Positions 40,789-53,018 of a DNA stretch of 64,000 bases are shown piece by piece. The notes under the pieces are model-generated. The model saw only the letters and a list, made by a program, of their open reading frames with translations, was not told the DNA's origin and did no database searches. Source of the DNA: Bilabrum cf. latius (Eukaryota). Numbering within the stretch: position 1 is the first letter of the stretch; every line of letters starts with the position of its first letter. The translations under genes were made by a program, and so were the position numbers. Location: the NCBI GenBank assembly GCA_965178125.1, contig OZ237765.1, positions 248,001 through 312,000 on the forward strand, given 5' to 3'.

Positions 40789-42259
40789 ATGCCTACGATG
40801 CAACGTATAGCGTGTGCATCTTTTCTTTTAGTAGGTTTGGCGTATGTAGCTGCGGATGGCTTTGACAGTACCGAAGATAGCACGAACCCGACGGCAACGA
40901 GCGTTGCAATTGGCACAACGCACGCGTGTGTCATCTAGTCGTCAAATGAAGCAGTCATTGGAGGCAAATTATTGTGTTGGGGCAGTTAGTGCTACCAAGG
41001 AGCCTGTGATCCTCCGCATGTGAGCTGAATGTGGGATTATGCTTGTAGTGCTTACTGGTATTGCCGCTCCACCCTATCAGCGCCTTCAAATGACGAATAG
41101 CTTACGTGCGTTCTTGCAGAATACGTTTGTTCAGATAGTCGTTGGGAGAACATTCTCATGCGGGATCACAGAGACAGACAGCTTGCTGTGCTGGGGTGAT
41201 GCAACTGTAGCGGGCCGTGCCCCAAAGGATGGCCAGCTTGTTCAGATAGCTGCAGGCAAGCGGTCCGTGTGCGTATTGACGCAGTCTGGCAAAGTGTCGT
41301 GCGGTGGCAAGGGATCAGTGGTCAACCAGCTGTCTTCGGCCGAGCTGCACGGAGAGCAAGTGCTCCAGCTCGCCTCCACAATGGAGGCAGCATGCGCTTT
41401 GCTGTCTAATGGGCATGTACGCTGCTGGGGACAAAGTCTTCACGGCGTACATCACCCACCAGCTGACTCAACGTTCTCTGGCATCGTCGGCAGCTCTGCC
41501 GGCGACACTATGTGCGGAATTACCCGAAGCACTGCTGATCTCGTGTGCTGGGGCGCTGCGGCCGCATCGCGGTAGCAACCAAAGTCCGCATCAAGCAAGC
41601 ATACCATTGCCACCCTAAATATAGAAGGCCCGTTCGTGAGCGCCACCGTGGGATACGACCATGCGTGCGGGATCAGGGGATCGGGGGCCCTCTTGTGCTC
41701 GGGCAACCATCCTCGCATCGCGGGACGGATCGAGGAGATTTCCTCGAACATTCTGAGAAACCAGACCGAAATTGCCGCAGACGGCTCCATAGCCGCCCTC
41801 GGAAGCCCCCAGGGCGACGCGGGCACTGTCGGTGGTGCTGCAAACGATGAAGATGAAGACGAAAAATTCAGTGAGGAGGAGGAGTCCTACCTCAGTGGCA
41901 TGGGCCTGGGACTGCCTGACGACGGAGCCGGAGCCATCTCCAGTTCAGATGGTGGCGTGGAGGAAGACGTCACAGACCGGAAGAAGCCCAGTCCCGGCCT
42001 GCTGTTGGCCAGGGAACACATGGTGGAGCAGTACCGGAAGGAGATCGAAGACAGGCGGCTCCGGAGGCTCGCGCTGATGGAGCCGACGCCGCCGCCACCC
42101 ATGCTCTTCGGGTGGCTCGAGGCGAGCATGAACGAGCACGTGATATGCGGGGTTAAGGACTCGGAGCCGTATGAGGTGCAGTGCTGGTGCTACGCCGGTT
42201 CGGGGGAGGATTGCAGCCTCGCGAGCGAGATGCCCCGGGGACTCGCGGCTGCCACGTGA
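40789..42259 (+). CDS. Secreted RCC1/BLIP-II-like beta-propeller repeat protein, ~456 aa
   Basis: Signal peptide and repeated units such as VAIGTTHACVI...LLCWG, IVVGRTFSCGI...LLCWG and ACALLSNGHVRCWG. Intron 41020..41119. TAG at 40936, 40987 and 41573. Stop TGA. Confidence 0.78.
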
Positions 42260-42433
42260 GGATAGTGGCGCGTCACGATGGCCATGGCCGTACAGGACTC
42301 GGGATAGTCTCGCATGTGTGTTAATTGGTTGTACAGAATCCTGCGCCGGACGTGTTTAATCTTCATCTTGAATTTAGGTTGCAACCGATTTTTTCCACGT
42401 CATGGAGGCCATTGAATTGCGTACTAAGACGCA

Positions 42434-43651
42434 ATGTTGAGAGCAACAACACGGAGATTCAGACATTTGCATGCATTTTCCGTGGTACGACTGCCTGGGC
42501 CTAGTTCGCTCACGCAGAGCAGCCACGGACACACCTGCGGGGGTCGCAGCCTTCAATCATCTGCTCGTCTTGGCCAACAGTTTGGGAGAGGACAGCTCGG
42601 TGACATGGAAGCCATTCGTCGAAGACGGCAGGCCAAAAAAGCGATCGAGCGAGTGAGCAAAAAGGTTGCGGTCGAGTCATCCAATGACCTCACTGGGAAG
42701 CTGGGCAAGGGCACCAGCGAAGCTGCTCTTGATGCAAGCTAGGAAGCAACAATCATGGGAACCTCCAAGACGGCGTTCGTTGGTGATCCGCGGTATGCAT
42801 CGGTGCACATGCGAGGCAGCGTGGTTGAAAGTGTTTGGTTCGGTAAGGGCGCCGATCAGCAGGATGTCACGGCAGAGGCCCACGAGTAGCTGATTGCCGG
42901 AAATGACGTCGAAAGCGACGCTGGCTTCAAGCCGCAGGAACAAATACCAACTGAATCTCTAGAAAGGCCTTCGCCAGACGCAGAACTCCTGTACTTCCGG
43001 TGGACGCAGCCCTTCATGCTGAGAGCCTCGCTGCTGCCCGTGGCCAGCTGCGGCCTGCTCGGCCTCGGCGCCCTGGTCGCAAAATTCATCGCCCCCGCTG
43101 CCATGCAGCCCGCCCCGATCGTCCCGGGGATGCTTCTGGCAACCGCTGCGACGGTCTTCTGGCTGTGCCGGAGGGTCGCCCTGGCCACGCCGAAGGACCT
43201 GTGGCTCGCAGATGGAGGGCACACACTCGTGTGGCGCTCGCAAGAGTACCCCATGGAGGGGGCGGGGTCGCAGGTCACGCACAACGTGCCCGTGCAGAGC
43301 CTGTACACCGCCGGCGCGGGCCCAGGGAACAAATCACTCGTCAGCGCCCCCGAAGACGCCGACTCTGTGAGGGTGCTGGTGAGAGGCCTCGAGCGGCTGC
43401 CTCCCCTGGAGCTCTTCCTGCCTGGGGGCCTTCCCGCCGCCAAGGTGAACAGCCCCGCCATCCTGTCCCAGCAAGCAGACGAGTAGGCAGGCGAGTAGGC
43501 AGGCGAGTAGGCTGCGGAGCATGCTCGGCGCCGCAAGCGGCACGCGGCCGGCGTGTTCGTGGCTGACGGGGCCGTCCTGGCAGGCGTGACGAGTGGAGAC
43601 ACCAGCACTGCAATGGAGTGGCACGCCGAGTAGCGGCAGCGGCAGGTGTGA
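42434..43651 (+). CDS. Hypothetical 2-TM protein with a mitochondrial-presequence-like N-terminus, ~405 aa
   Basis: Arg-rich, acid-free N-terminus MLRATTRRFRHLHAFS and two hydrophobic segments near 43020-43170. Frame runs through TAG 42740, 42887, 43484, 43496, 43508 and 43631 to TGA 43649. Confidence 0.6.
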
Positions 43652-43707
43652 CGAGTGGAGACATCAGCACTGCAATGGAGTGGCACGCCGAGTAGCGGCA
43701 GCGGCAA
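43579..43707. repeat. 62-bp tandem duplication at the 3' end of the 42434 gene
   Basis: GTGACGAGTGGAGACA(C/T)CAGCACTGCAATGGAGTGGCACGCCGAGTAGCGGCAGCGGCA occurs at 43586 and again at 43648. Confidence 0.95.
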
Positions 43708-44588
43708 GTGGACAGTGTATCATGGTCCTGACTGAGCCCGGGCTCACATTTGGCTCGCTGGCTATGCCGACCCGTGGGCTGGCCATCTATCTAACTCGAG
43801 CGTGGTATGCTTGAAGGGCAGAGGTCATGCTATTGATAGGCACAGATACGATGGAATCGATGCATCCTAGGCTACAAAGCGTGTAAGGGCAGCGATGCAG
43901 AGATCAGCTACATGTGTGCATGCCCCGCGCTAGCTGGGCCGAATGCTCCGTTCAGCTTGAGCGCTCTGCTCGGCTTGTAGCGAAGGTTCGTTAAGAATCC
44001 AAGTGCTGTGGGACTCAAATTTTGGCTGCTTTGCGGTCTACCTGTGCAAGCGTACAGGCAGTTTAGGGAGCACAGGGTGGGGTGTAGCCTATGCAGCGAG
44101 TCGCCTGCTGGATGTTCAGCTGTGTGCAGACCTGTGTGCGTGGATCCGGGGACTCCGGCGGGGAGCCTCCCTCTATCCGCTGAGGGTGGGCTCGATCCGG
44201 ATAAAGTGGGCTTGATGAGGTGAGGTTTCGGCGCATTTGCGTTACCTTAGGTAGTTGATGCGTGCCATCAGCAAGGCAACAGGACATTTTTTAGGTCTAG
44301 TCAAGACCAGAGGTCCTCATGTCGTCAGACGGGGTAGGTTATGAACACCTTGCCACACTAGTGTGCTGGTGCAACCGGTTCTTGGGTGGCGTGCGCGCAT
44401 GCCCCCGTCCATTCTTGAACTTATATACAGTTCAGCGTGCAATTTGATTGTGCAACACGCAGCGAGCGTGCTTGCTGCGTACATGCATGCACCTTGCCTC
44501 GTGGCACGCAATCGTCAGGCTGGCGCTGACCAGAGCGATGGGATTGCGGCCACCTGTCCAAGGGTCGCACCGCTTGTTTATCTACACA

Positions 44589-45608
44589 ATGGCCGAGGTA
44601 GAAAAATTCGATGGTTTCTTGCTAGCTATGGCTCAACAACACAGGGGTATCGAGCCTCTCCTAGCATCTCTGTTTGGGTTTCTACGAAGGAAGACAGACT
44701 TTTTGACTGGGGCATCCACTGAAACTGTCGAGGCAACCGTACTGAAGGTCCTCAGAGAGCAACAGAAAATTGCCATTCGGGATAAGAAAAGTAAGGAGGA
44801 CGCAGCAAAGGCCCGCAAAGCTGCTGCAGAGAAAAAACGAGCTAGCAAGGGAGCGCATTCCTCACAGCCCGCGGGTGTCACAGAAATACTGAGAACTGAT
44901 GTGCCAAAGGTATCCGAAGTAGATGCCAGTGGTCTATCACCCGCTAGCGGCCCTTCTTCGGCGGCTGCAGCTGATTTGGAGCCGATCAAGGCAGCGTCGT
45001 CGGGCGCCGGCGAGAGCGACGGCGGAGCAGCTGCCGGTGGGTCCGGAGAGGCGGCAGACAGCAAGAAGGGGCTGATGGAGCCGAACAGCGGAAACGGCCT
45101 AGACCTCGAAACGTACCAGTGGACACAAACTTTGCGTGACCTCACCGTGGCTGTGCCCGTGCGAGCAGGAATTCGTGCCAAGGACGTGCAGGTGAGCTGG
45201 GAGGACGGGGAGCTGTCGATCGGGCTCAAGGGGGAGGAGCCAGTACTCCAGGGAACAATGCCTCACGAGGTGGAGGATGACGACTGCATGTGGACGCTGG
45301 AGGACGCGGAGGAGGGAGGGGGCAGGCTGGTCACGGTGCACCTGGCCAAGGTGAACACCCTAGAGTGGTGGGGCAACCCCGTGGAGGGTGAGCCCGTGGT
45401 GGACATGCAGAAGATCGAGCCAGAGAACAGCAGGCTGGAGGACCTGGACCCCGACACGGCCGCCACCGTTCGGAAGATGCAGTTCGACATGCGGGCCAAG
45501 GCCACGGGGGGTATGACGAGTGACCAGCTGGAGCGGCAGGCAGCCTTGGAGCGGTTCAAGCAGATGCGGCCGGACCTCGATTTCAGCAACGCAAAGATCA
45601 ACTTGTGA
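44589..45608 (+). CDS. NUDC: Nuclear migration protein NudC (CS/p23 domain), 339 aa
   Basis: EKFDGFLLAMAQQH..FGFLRRKTDF, PNSGNGLDLETYQWTQTL, and PENSRLEDLDPDTAATVRKMQFD..HP-like RPDLDFSNAKI. No internal TAG. Stop TGA. Confidence 0.95.
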   Translation: MAEVEKFDGFLLAMAQQHRGIEPLLASLFGFLRRKTDFLTGASTETVEATVLKVLREQQKIAIRDKKSKEDAAKARKAAAEKKRASKGAHSSQPAGVTEILRTDVPKVSEVDASGLSPASGPSSAAAADLEPIKAASSGAGESDGGAAAGGSGEAADSKKGLMEPNSGNGLDLETYQWTQTLRDLTVAVPVRAGIRAKDVQVSWEDGELSIGLKGEEPVLQGTMPHEVEDDDCMWTLEDAEEGGGRLVTVHLAKVNTLEWWGNPVEGEPVVDMQKIEPENSRLEDLDPDTAATVRKMQFDMRAKATGGMTSDQLERQAALERFKQMRPDLDFSNAKINL

Positions 45609-45958
45609 ATTGCGCGAACATGATAGCACTGTGACAAGTCCATGCGCTCTCCAGCATGCGCCAATGGCCAAGCCACTCACGCAGCATGCACGCCAGGCTT
45701 TGGAGGCAGGCACACGTATCCCACCCACGCAGCACCAGCGCCTGCCTGTGTAGTGCATTGCAGTGCAGTGCATGAAACATGCGTGGTAAGGGCCAATTAA
45801 AGGTCCGTCAAATCGTGTTTGTTCAATCGCCAGAGACTGCCACGCAGGAGCAGCGCAACCAGAGCCACACTCTCAGCTCCAGCCTGCGCCGCCCACTCCC
45901 CAAACGCCCCTGCCGCATCCACGGCGACGCACCCGGATTCTCTCCCTCGGAAGCACGC

Positions 45959-46828
45959 TCACAGCATGTCATCGAAGGGCAGGGGCGCGATGGCGGCGGG
46001 CGCCTTGCCGGTGCTAGAGGTGACGCCAACAAAGTAGCCGGCGCGGGGCTGGCCGGGCAGACGCTTCAGGTCCTCCATGGGCAGGCGGGTGCCCGACTTC
46101 TTGGCGTCACGCTTCTTGGTGTCCACGTCCTGGACACGCCTCAGGAAATCCTCGCGGCACCTCGACTTGCGCGCGTGCTCGATCCTGATGTGGATGCGCT
46201 TCTTGATGATGCGGTTGCGCACCTGCTTGTTGACCTCCACGCCGATGGAGCGGCGGGTCACATCAAACACCACGCCGGTCCGGCCGTGGTAGAAACGATG
46301 GGGCATACCCTTGTGCACAGCGGCATTAGCCTTGATGTCCACGTAGTCGCCAACCTTCAACACCTCCAGCATGTGAGAGAGGGGGAAGTTGTTACCGGTC
46401 TTTCGGAACGACTGCGAGTACATGTCGCGCGTACGCGCGCGGTACCCGAAGCTGCAGTAAGAAGTAATATCAGATAGGCGATATCAATTGGTGCAAAACC
46501 AAAATAAGACCCATGCATAGCAAAAAAGACCCCAGTCAATATGATCGTTGGTACCAAACGCCGGGCCACATCCCTCAACCACCTTAGATGGGCACCGTGG
46601 TCTGTACTACTGGTGGTATCACCTCAGTGAATACCAATACGAGCATGCTTGGCTCTCAGCACTCCCACAAAGCCTCAGGAACTGCTGCAGCTGGCAGCCG
46701 ATCTCAGATGGCGGTACCCTCTGTACCTTGTACACACATACTGACGCTCATCGAGCATGAATCATAATTAAAAGCATGTACTGTTTCATACAACAGGACG
46801 ATAGGCCGTGTACTCACCTGTGCGGCAT
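45959..46828 (-). CDS. RPL21: 60S ribosomal protein eL21 (L21e), 167 aa
   Basis: Exon 1 (46818..46828, ATG CCG CAC AG), intron 46452..46817 and exon 2 give MPHSFGYRARTRDMYS...KVGDYVDIKANAAVHKGMPHRFYHGRTG. No TAG. Stop TGA. Confidence 0.96.
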
Positions 46829-46976
46829 CTTGGCTAGGGTTTTCGATAATAGGCGCAGCTCTGGTTGCATTGATCGGATCATCTTGAATAGTACCGTACA
46901 ATAATACAAAGTCAGATTTCTAGATTAAAACCATCGGGCTGAAAAAGCAGGACTATAAAGAATATAATTCCTAGAT

Positions 46977-49703
46977 TCAATCTACTGGTAAATCATCATC
47001 AAAACTATCATCAAATTCTCGATCGTCACGGCCGGCCCTCGGTCTGCCGACAGGAACGACCCTTGCACCCCCAGCCCGGTCGAGCCTGCGCATCGCGTTC
47101 ATCTGCGCAGTCACGCCGTGCTGCACTGCCGCCCCGAGCCCGCCCGGCATGCTTCCTCTACCTTGTCTTCGTTGTGCCGCTGAACGCTCAACCGTGGCGC
47201 CCACTCCCTCCACAGGATCCAAAATCTGAGCGAGGCGCTCCTCCGCCTCTTCTTCGTCCAGCTGCTTGGGCGGCTCCTGGCCGCGCGCTCGCCCGCGAGC
47301 AGGCGCGCCAATGCCAAGAGCCCCTTCCTGATCCGCGCCTCCGCCCATTGCGGATCGAATCGCGCTGTGCCCGCGGGGGCCCTGCGCGCCCGCCTGCGTC
47401 TCCGTGTTGAGGGGATGGAACGGGTTGGCTCGCACTTCGTCGTCGAAGCGACGGCCCCCGCCACCCTCCGGCCGAGCATCGCTCCTCATCCTCCTAGCGG
47501 CCTGCAGCCCCGTCGGGTCGGCGCGCGTGGCCTCCTTGGCCGCCAGACCGGAAATGCCCACCTGCTTGCCGTCCACCTCGCCCATCACACGCACCTCCCG
47601 CTGACCCCTCGCCCGCCCGCCCCCGGGCAGCGGCACGGCACCGATCTCATACACCTCAACGGCACCACGCCGATGCAGCAGCTGCGCAGGACCGGAGGAG
47701 CCCGTCTGCCCCTCCTCTGCCTGGGTTGCATCCCTGGCCGCCTTCTTGTTCTTCTTGGCCTGCTTGGCGTCTCGCTTGGCGGCTTTCCTCTCGGCCTTAA
47801 GCTGCTCCCGCATGGCCTTGGCCTCCTTGGCCTCCACCTCTGCCAGTGCGGCTGCCTGCGCCCTCTGGGCCGCCTCATCCGCCTTGAGCTGTGCCTCCGC
47901 CTTGGCCTTGGCTTCCTCCGCCGCCTTGGCGTTCTTGGCTATCGATTCCGGGTCCCCGTAGGCCGCCAGGCCGAACTCCCGGTCCCACTGTGAGCGGGCG
48001 AGCGCTTTCTTGCGCTGCTCCCTCTCCCACGCCCGCCTCTGCCTCTTCTCCCTGCGGCGGGCCCGCACGGCCGGGTCCAGGGTCTCGTCATCTGTGTCGT
48101 CGATGTCGCTATCTGCGGTCGGGTCCGGCTGCCCGGCAGCGGCGGCTGCGGCCCTCTCCCTCTCCCTTCTGGCCTTTTCCTTAGCCTCCTTTTTCTTTTT
48201 CTTCTTGCGGTTCATCTTGCTCTCCACCTGCCCCAGCTCGTCGTCGCTCGAGTCACTCCCAAGGTCACCCACCTCATCGAATGCCTCCTTGGACTCCCCT
48301 TGGATGTCGGACTAGGCCGTTTCTGGCTGCCAATAGTCGGCATTGCGGCCGCCCATCTGAAGAGCGCGCAGCCTGCGCCTGGTCTTGTGACGCTCCGGGG
48401 ACCGCAGCACCATCACGTCTATGAGCAGGATCACAACCATGATCAGACCCGCCGCGCATACCCCGATCACGCCCCAGTCAATCAGAGGTAGGGTGACGGC
48501 CTGGTCCCGGCCTGCTTCCAGCCGAACCGTGACTGCAAGCGGCGGTATGAACAACACGAATGAGGGGAATATCTGCAGCACGTCCAGCCTCCAGCTGGCG
48601 TGGGGAGGGATTGGGCTGTCCAAGTCGAACGACTCGGCCGGGCGACCACTCGCATCCAATAGATCCACTCCTGCTGACGCGCCCGCCGTCCCGCCCGCTG
48701 CGGCCGCTGCTGCGGTGGCCTGCGGGCCCATCCCCCCAGGGGCAGGGGCTACCTGGTTCCCAGATGCGCCGGCGAATCCCCCAGCTGCCGCACCCGCCTC
48801 TGCCCGCTGCCCCATCGGCACGTACCCGGGGGGCGATTTGAAGTCGGGCGAGCACGCGTATATCTTGCACACTCTAGAGTACATGACTTTGTAACAGCCC
48901 GGTCCCGTCAGGCACGCACAGCAGCCAAGAATCCAGGTGCAGCAGCGGAACTTGTCCCCCCAGCGCCTGAACTTGAAGTCGGCCCTGCGCTGGGCCGATA
49001 GGTCGAACATCCAGAAGAAGAAGCCCGATCCCAGGCACAGCAGCACGTACAAGAAAACGGTCAGCCCCACCGTGGTCTGGAGGGGTTCGTTGTCCACGCG
49101 GTTGTAGTCGACGCCGGCCGTGCAAATATATGCTGCTGCCAGCGACGGGTACAAGGCAATCACCATCGCTGGAGTTGAAAACGCCGCTCCTCCAGACAGG
49201 CAGTACGATGTGCAAATTCCCGAGACTACTATAGCCGCCAATATGATCAACAGAAGCGCTGTACCCGAGTAAAAATAGCCCGGAAACCTACGTGCGTCTA
49301 GTGAAACAGCCGTAGTATTCGATCGAGGGTTCGATATTCCTTGTGTAGCGGCAGATACACACACTACTGCAACTAACTCGGTATCATCAAATAATAGGGG
49401 TAAGTTTGCTGTTCGACCGACCACAAATTCTTCGTTCTGGCTGATCGAGCAGGTAGGCTAAAAGTCGGCGTGCCTGTATGAATAGACGATTCGAACGTCA
49501 CCAAATTGAACCCCCCTTGCAACTAAATCATCTTCGTCCACCTTAATTTCTGCCCTTATCGGCAGGTAGGAACCATCGTTCCAGGTGATTGTCGGAGAAA
49601 GCGGCGCTGTCTGCCCGCCGAATTGCCCGTTGGCGACGTCGACAGATAAGGCTGCAAGCAGGACAGCCACTCTTAATCTGACCCCATACTGCCTGAACGC
49701 CAT
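46977..49703 (-). CDS. Uncharacterised signal-peptide multi-TM protein with a charged cytoplasmic tail (paralogue A), ~908 aa
   Basis: ORFs 49458..49805, 48312..49424 and 46977..48272 join via TAG 49458 and 48312. Collinear with the neighbouring paralogue. Stop TGA. Confidence 0.8.
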
Positions 49704-49888
49704 GTAGCTAACCAATTGTAAACACGGATCTGATCGGAAAAGGCTCCAAAGCCCGTCGCGAGAGTGGAACGCCTCAACGCCAACAAGAGCGACTTGCGGT
49801 CGCAACCGGCGGTCGCAGGTTGGGTGTTCACCTTGCTCCTCGGCATACTGCCCTCTTACAGTTTAAAATAATGCGCATAATCGTATAA

Positions 49889-52447
49889 TCACGTCTCAAG
49901 CTCAGCTAGATCGTCATCCAGGCTGTCAAGCTCCCACTGCTCATCATCAATGCCGCTCGACTGGCCTGACGGCACGATGGCCGCTCCACCCTGCCTCGCA
50001 AGGCTCCGCATCGCGCTAGTCTGCATGTTGACACCCTACCGCACGGCAGCCTCAAGGGTCATATTGGAGCCTCGCCCGCTTTCTCGTCTTCGGGAGGCCC
50101 ATTTCCCCACAGTGGCCCCCACCCCCTCCATGGGGTCCAAGATGTGCGCCAGTCGGTCCTCCATGTCCTGGGCCACGGACGGGTCGTGCTCCGATCGAGC
50201 GGTCCAAGCCGCTCGGGGCGCGGCGGGTGGTTTACCTCGAGAACTTACCTGCTTGCTTCCTCTGGCCTGCCGCTGCCGCCGGTGCCCTCGCATGGCCGTG
50301 GTCGTGCTCGGGCCGGGGGACCTGGGAGTGCCCATGAAAGTGCCCCTGCCCTTGCTCCTGCCTCTGCCGCTGCCTCTCGAGTATTCGCTCAATAAATCAA
50401 GTTGACTGCCGGGTTTTCCTCCGCTGAAACTGTGTGCCGAGGAACTGCTGCCCCCGCTCACGAAGACGCTGCTGGCATCCCGTGGCGTGCCATCTGCTGT
50501 GCTCGCTCCAGCCGAACCGCCCGCCAACGGTAGGTGCAGCGGATTCTCCCCAGCAGAGTTGTGCGGATATTTGGCGCTTGCAGCCTCAGTACCGCTGGAT
50601 GCGGACGCTGCCTCGGTATGCTTGCCACCGTTCGACTCTTTACCAGAAGTCTGGCTCTGCTCAGCGGCGAGCACCTGCGAGAATACGTTGGTCGCCGCCT
50701 GCCTCCTGTCTTGCACGTCTTGCTGCCACTCGATCGCCTTGGCTTGCCCTAACTAAAGCCTCTTTAGGGTCTCAGATTTTGTCTCTGGTGCGCCGTATCC
50801 TCCAAGCCCGTACTTGCGGTCCCATTGCTTCCGAGCAAGTGCTTTGCTCCGCTGCTCCTTGATCCATTGTCGCCTCTCGCGCTTCTCCTTCCGGCGGGCG
50901 ACCAGAGCAGGATCGATGTCTTCATCTATTGTGCTGTCAGTGCTCAGCGATCCTTCCTGGTCGGGCTGAAGCCTCTTTTTCTCCTTTTCTAGGAACTTTT
51001 TCCACGCCCTCTCGCGATCGCCGGCGGTCTTCTTCTTCTTCTTTTTCATCTTGTTCCGGTTTTCTCTCATCTTGCTCTCCACCTGCCCGAGCTCGTCTTC
51101 CGAGGACTCCGATTCTGTCGAGTCCGTGTCTTCCTCCTGCTTCTTGTTTGACTGCCAGTAGTCGACCTCCCTGCCTCCCACCTCCAGGGCACGAAACCGC
51201 ATGCGGCCCTTGTGCCTGTCGTGGGAGGGCAACACAAGCACGTCGATCAGCAAGATAGTGACCATCACCATGCCCACCGCACACACCCCAATCACACCCC
51301 AGTCCGCCATCGGCATTGTCACTGCCCAGTCCCTCCCCGCCTCGATCCGAATGGCCATGATGAGAGGGGGCACAAACAGCACCATAGAGGGAAGCACCTG
51401 CAGCACGTCCAGCCTCCAGCTCGCGTGGGGAGGGATGGGGCTGTCCAGGTAGAACTGCTGGCGCAGGTCTATGGTCACTGTCCCCGTGACTGGTGCGGCG
51501 GTGGTGGTCCCCACGGCGGGGGCTGGGGCCACGGCGGGAGCAGCCGCTCCAGTTGCACCGCTGGCTGAGCCGGTAGTTGCTATGATCTTTGGGATGTATC
51601 CCGGCGGTGCTTTGTAGTCGGGAGACAGGCAAGGTATCAAGCATACCCTAGAGTACATGATTTTGTAGCAGCCAGGTCCCGTTAGGCAGGCGCAGCAGCC
51701 GATGACCGTCGTGAACGTACGGTACATGTTGTCCCACTCGTGGAAGCGGTAGTCAGCGCGCCGCTGGGCGGGAAGGTCGACCAACCAGAAAAACAAACCG
51801 GAAAGTATGCATAATACGACGTATGCAAACACTGAAAGAGCGACCGTGTTCAGCATTGGCTCATTTCCCGCTAGTTCAAAGTCCAACCCAGTAGCGCAAA
51901 GGTAGGCGGCCGAAATTGAAGGATACACAGCAATCATAAAGGACGGCGTCGAGAAAATTGCACCTCCTGGAAAGTTATACGATGTGCATAATCCAGCGAT
52001 CACCACCGCTCCGAGGGCGATGACCAGCAGCGCCGTCCCCGGAATGAACAGACCAAAGAAACGGCGAGGCCGGATGGTTGCTGTCGTGGTGTTTGACCTC
52101 GGACTCATAAAACCTTCCGCAACAGATGAGACGCAAACAACGGCTGCAAGCTCGGATGCATCAAATAGCAAAGGCAGCTGTGCGGTCTTGCCTAACGCGA
52201 ACTCCTCGCTCTGACTGATTGAGCAGGTAGGCTGGAATCCCGCGTGTTTGAATGAGTAGACGATTCGAACGTCACCTTCCTGTAGGCTGCTGGTTAACAT
52301 GTCATCCGGATGAACACGAATGCTTGCACGGACGGGCACGAACGAGCCCTCATTCCAGGAAATCACGGGCGGAAGTGGGCTTCCATCCACAATACTCGCC
52401 AACCAAGTCAGTACGATCGATAACAATGCCCCCAGGGGCAATGCCAT
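49889..52447 (-). CDS. Uncharacterised signal-peptide multi-TM protein (paralogue B), ~852 aa
   Basis: Shares GDVRIVYS, LPLLFD..EL.AVVCVS, GCCACLTGPGCYK.MYSRVC, LDSPIPPHASWRLDVLQ, DELGQVESKM and ERLA.ILDP.EGVGATV with paralogue A. TAG at 50753 and 50036. Stop TGA at 49889. Confidence 0.8.
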
Positions 52448-53018
52448 CCGTTTTAATCGTTTTGGAATTTGGACTACCCAACCCCAGTTCACAATGAGGT
52501 CGTTGAGTGGCTGATCCGCTGCAGGCTGCAGCAGCGTGACGTGACGGCCTACAGTGCGTTGCATATTGCACAGTGGCGCGTCGTCTCGCGCTGCGATGGC
52601 TCGCACCTGCAGCTGCCGTTGTCCATGGGCAATCCCTCAGTACTCGGCTGCTTGGTCACGACATCTACACTCTTGGCTTAGAGTAAGCTCTTGATACAAG
52701 CTGCACGTGGTGCCCATTGGACCCGCTGGACCACCTTGTCCACCATTACATTCCACGAGTACGGGGAGTGTCCATGAGCTGGTAGGTCAGACGTAGATCT
52801 CTTATATTTTGCAACGATAAGAAAGCTGCTTTCCAACTCGGCCTCGAGCACCCTGAACATCGCTGGATGGATGGTCGCCATGGGCCTACCCCACATGATG
52901 CGATTCGTAATAATTGGTCGCAAGACACGCACCCGGCAGACCCGCCGGTCAATACACGATGTAGGCGACCTAGCTTACTTCTACGACTGTGCAGCCGAAC
53001 AAAGTAGTAGGCCGTTTT

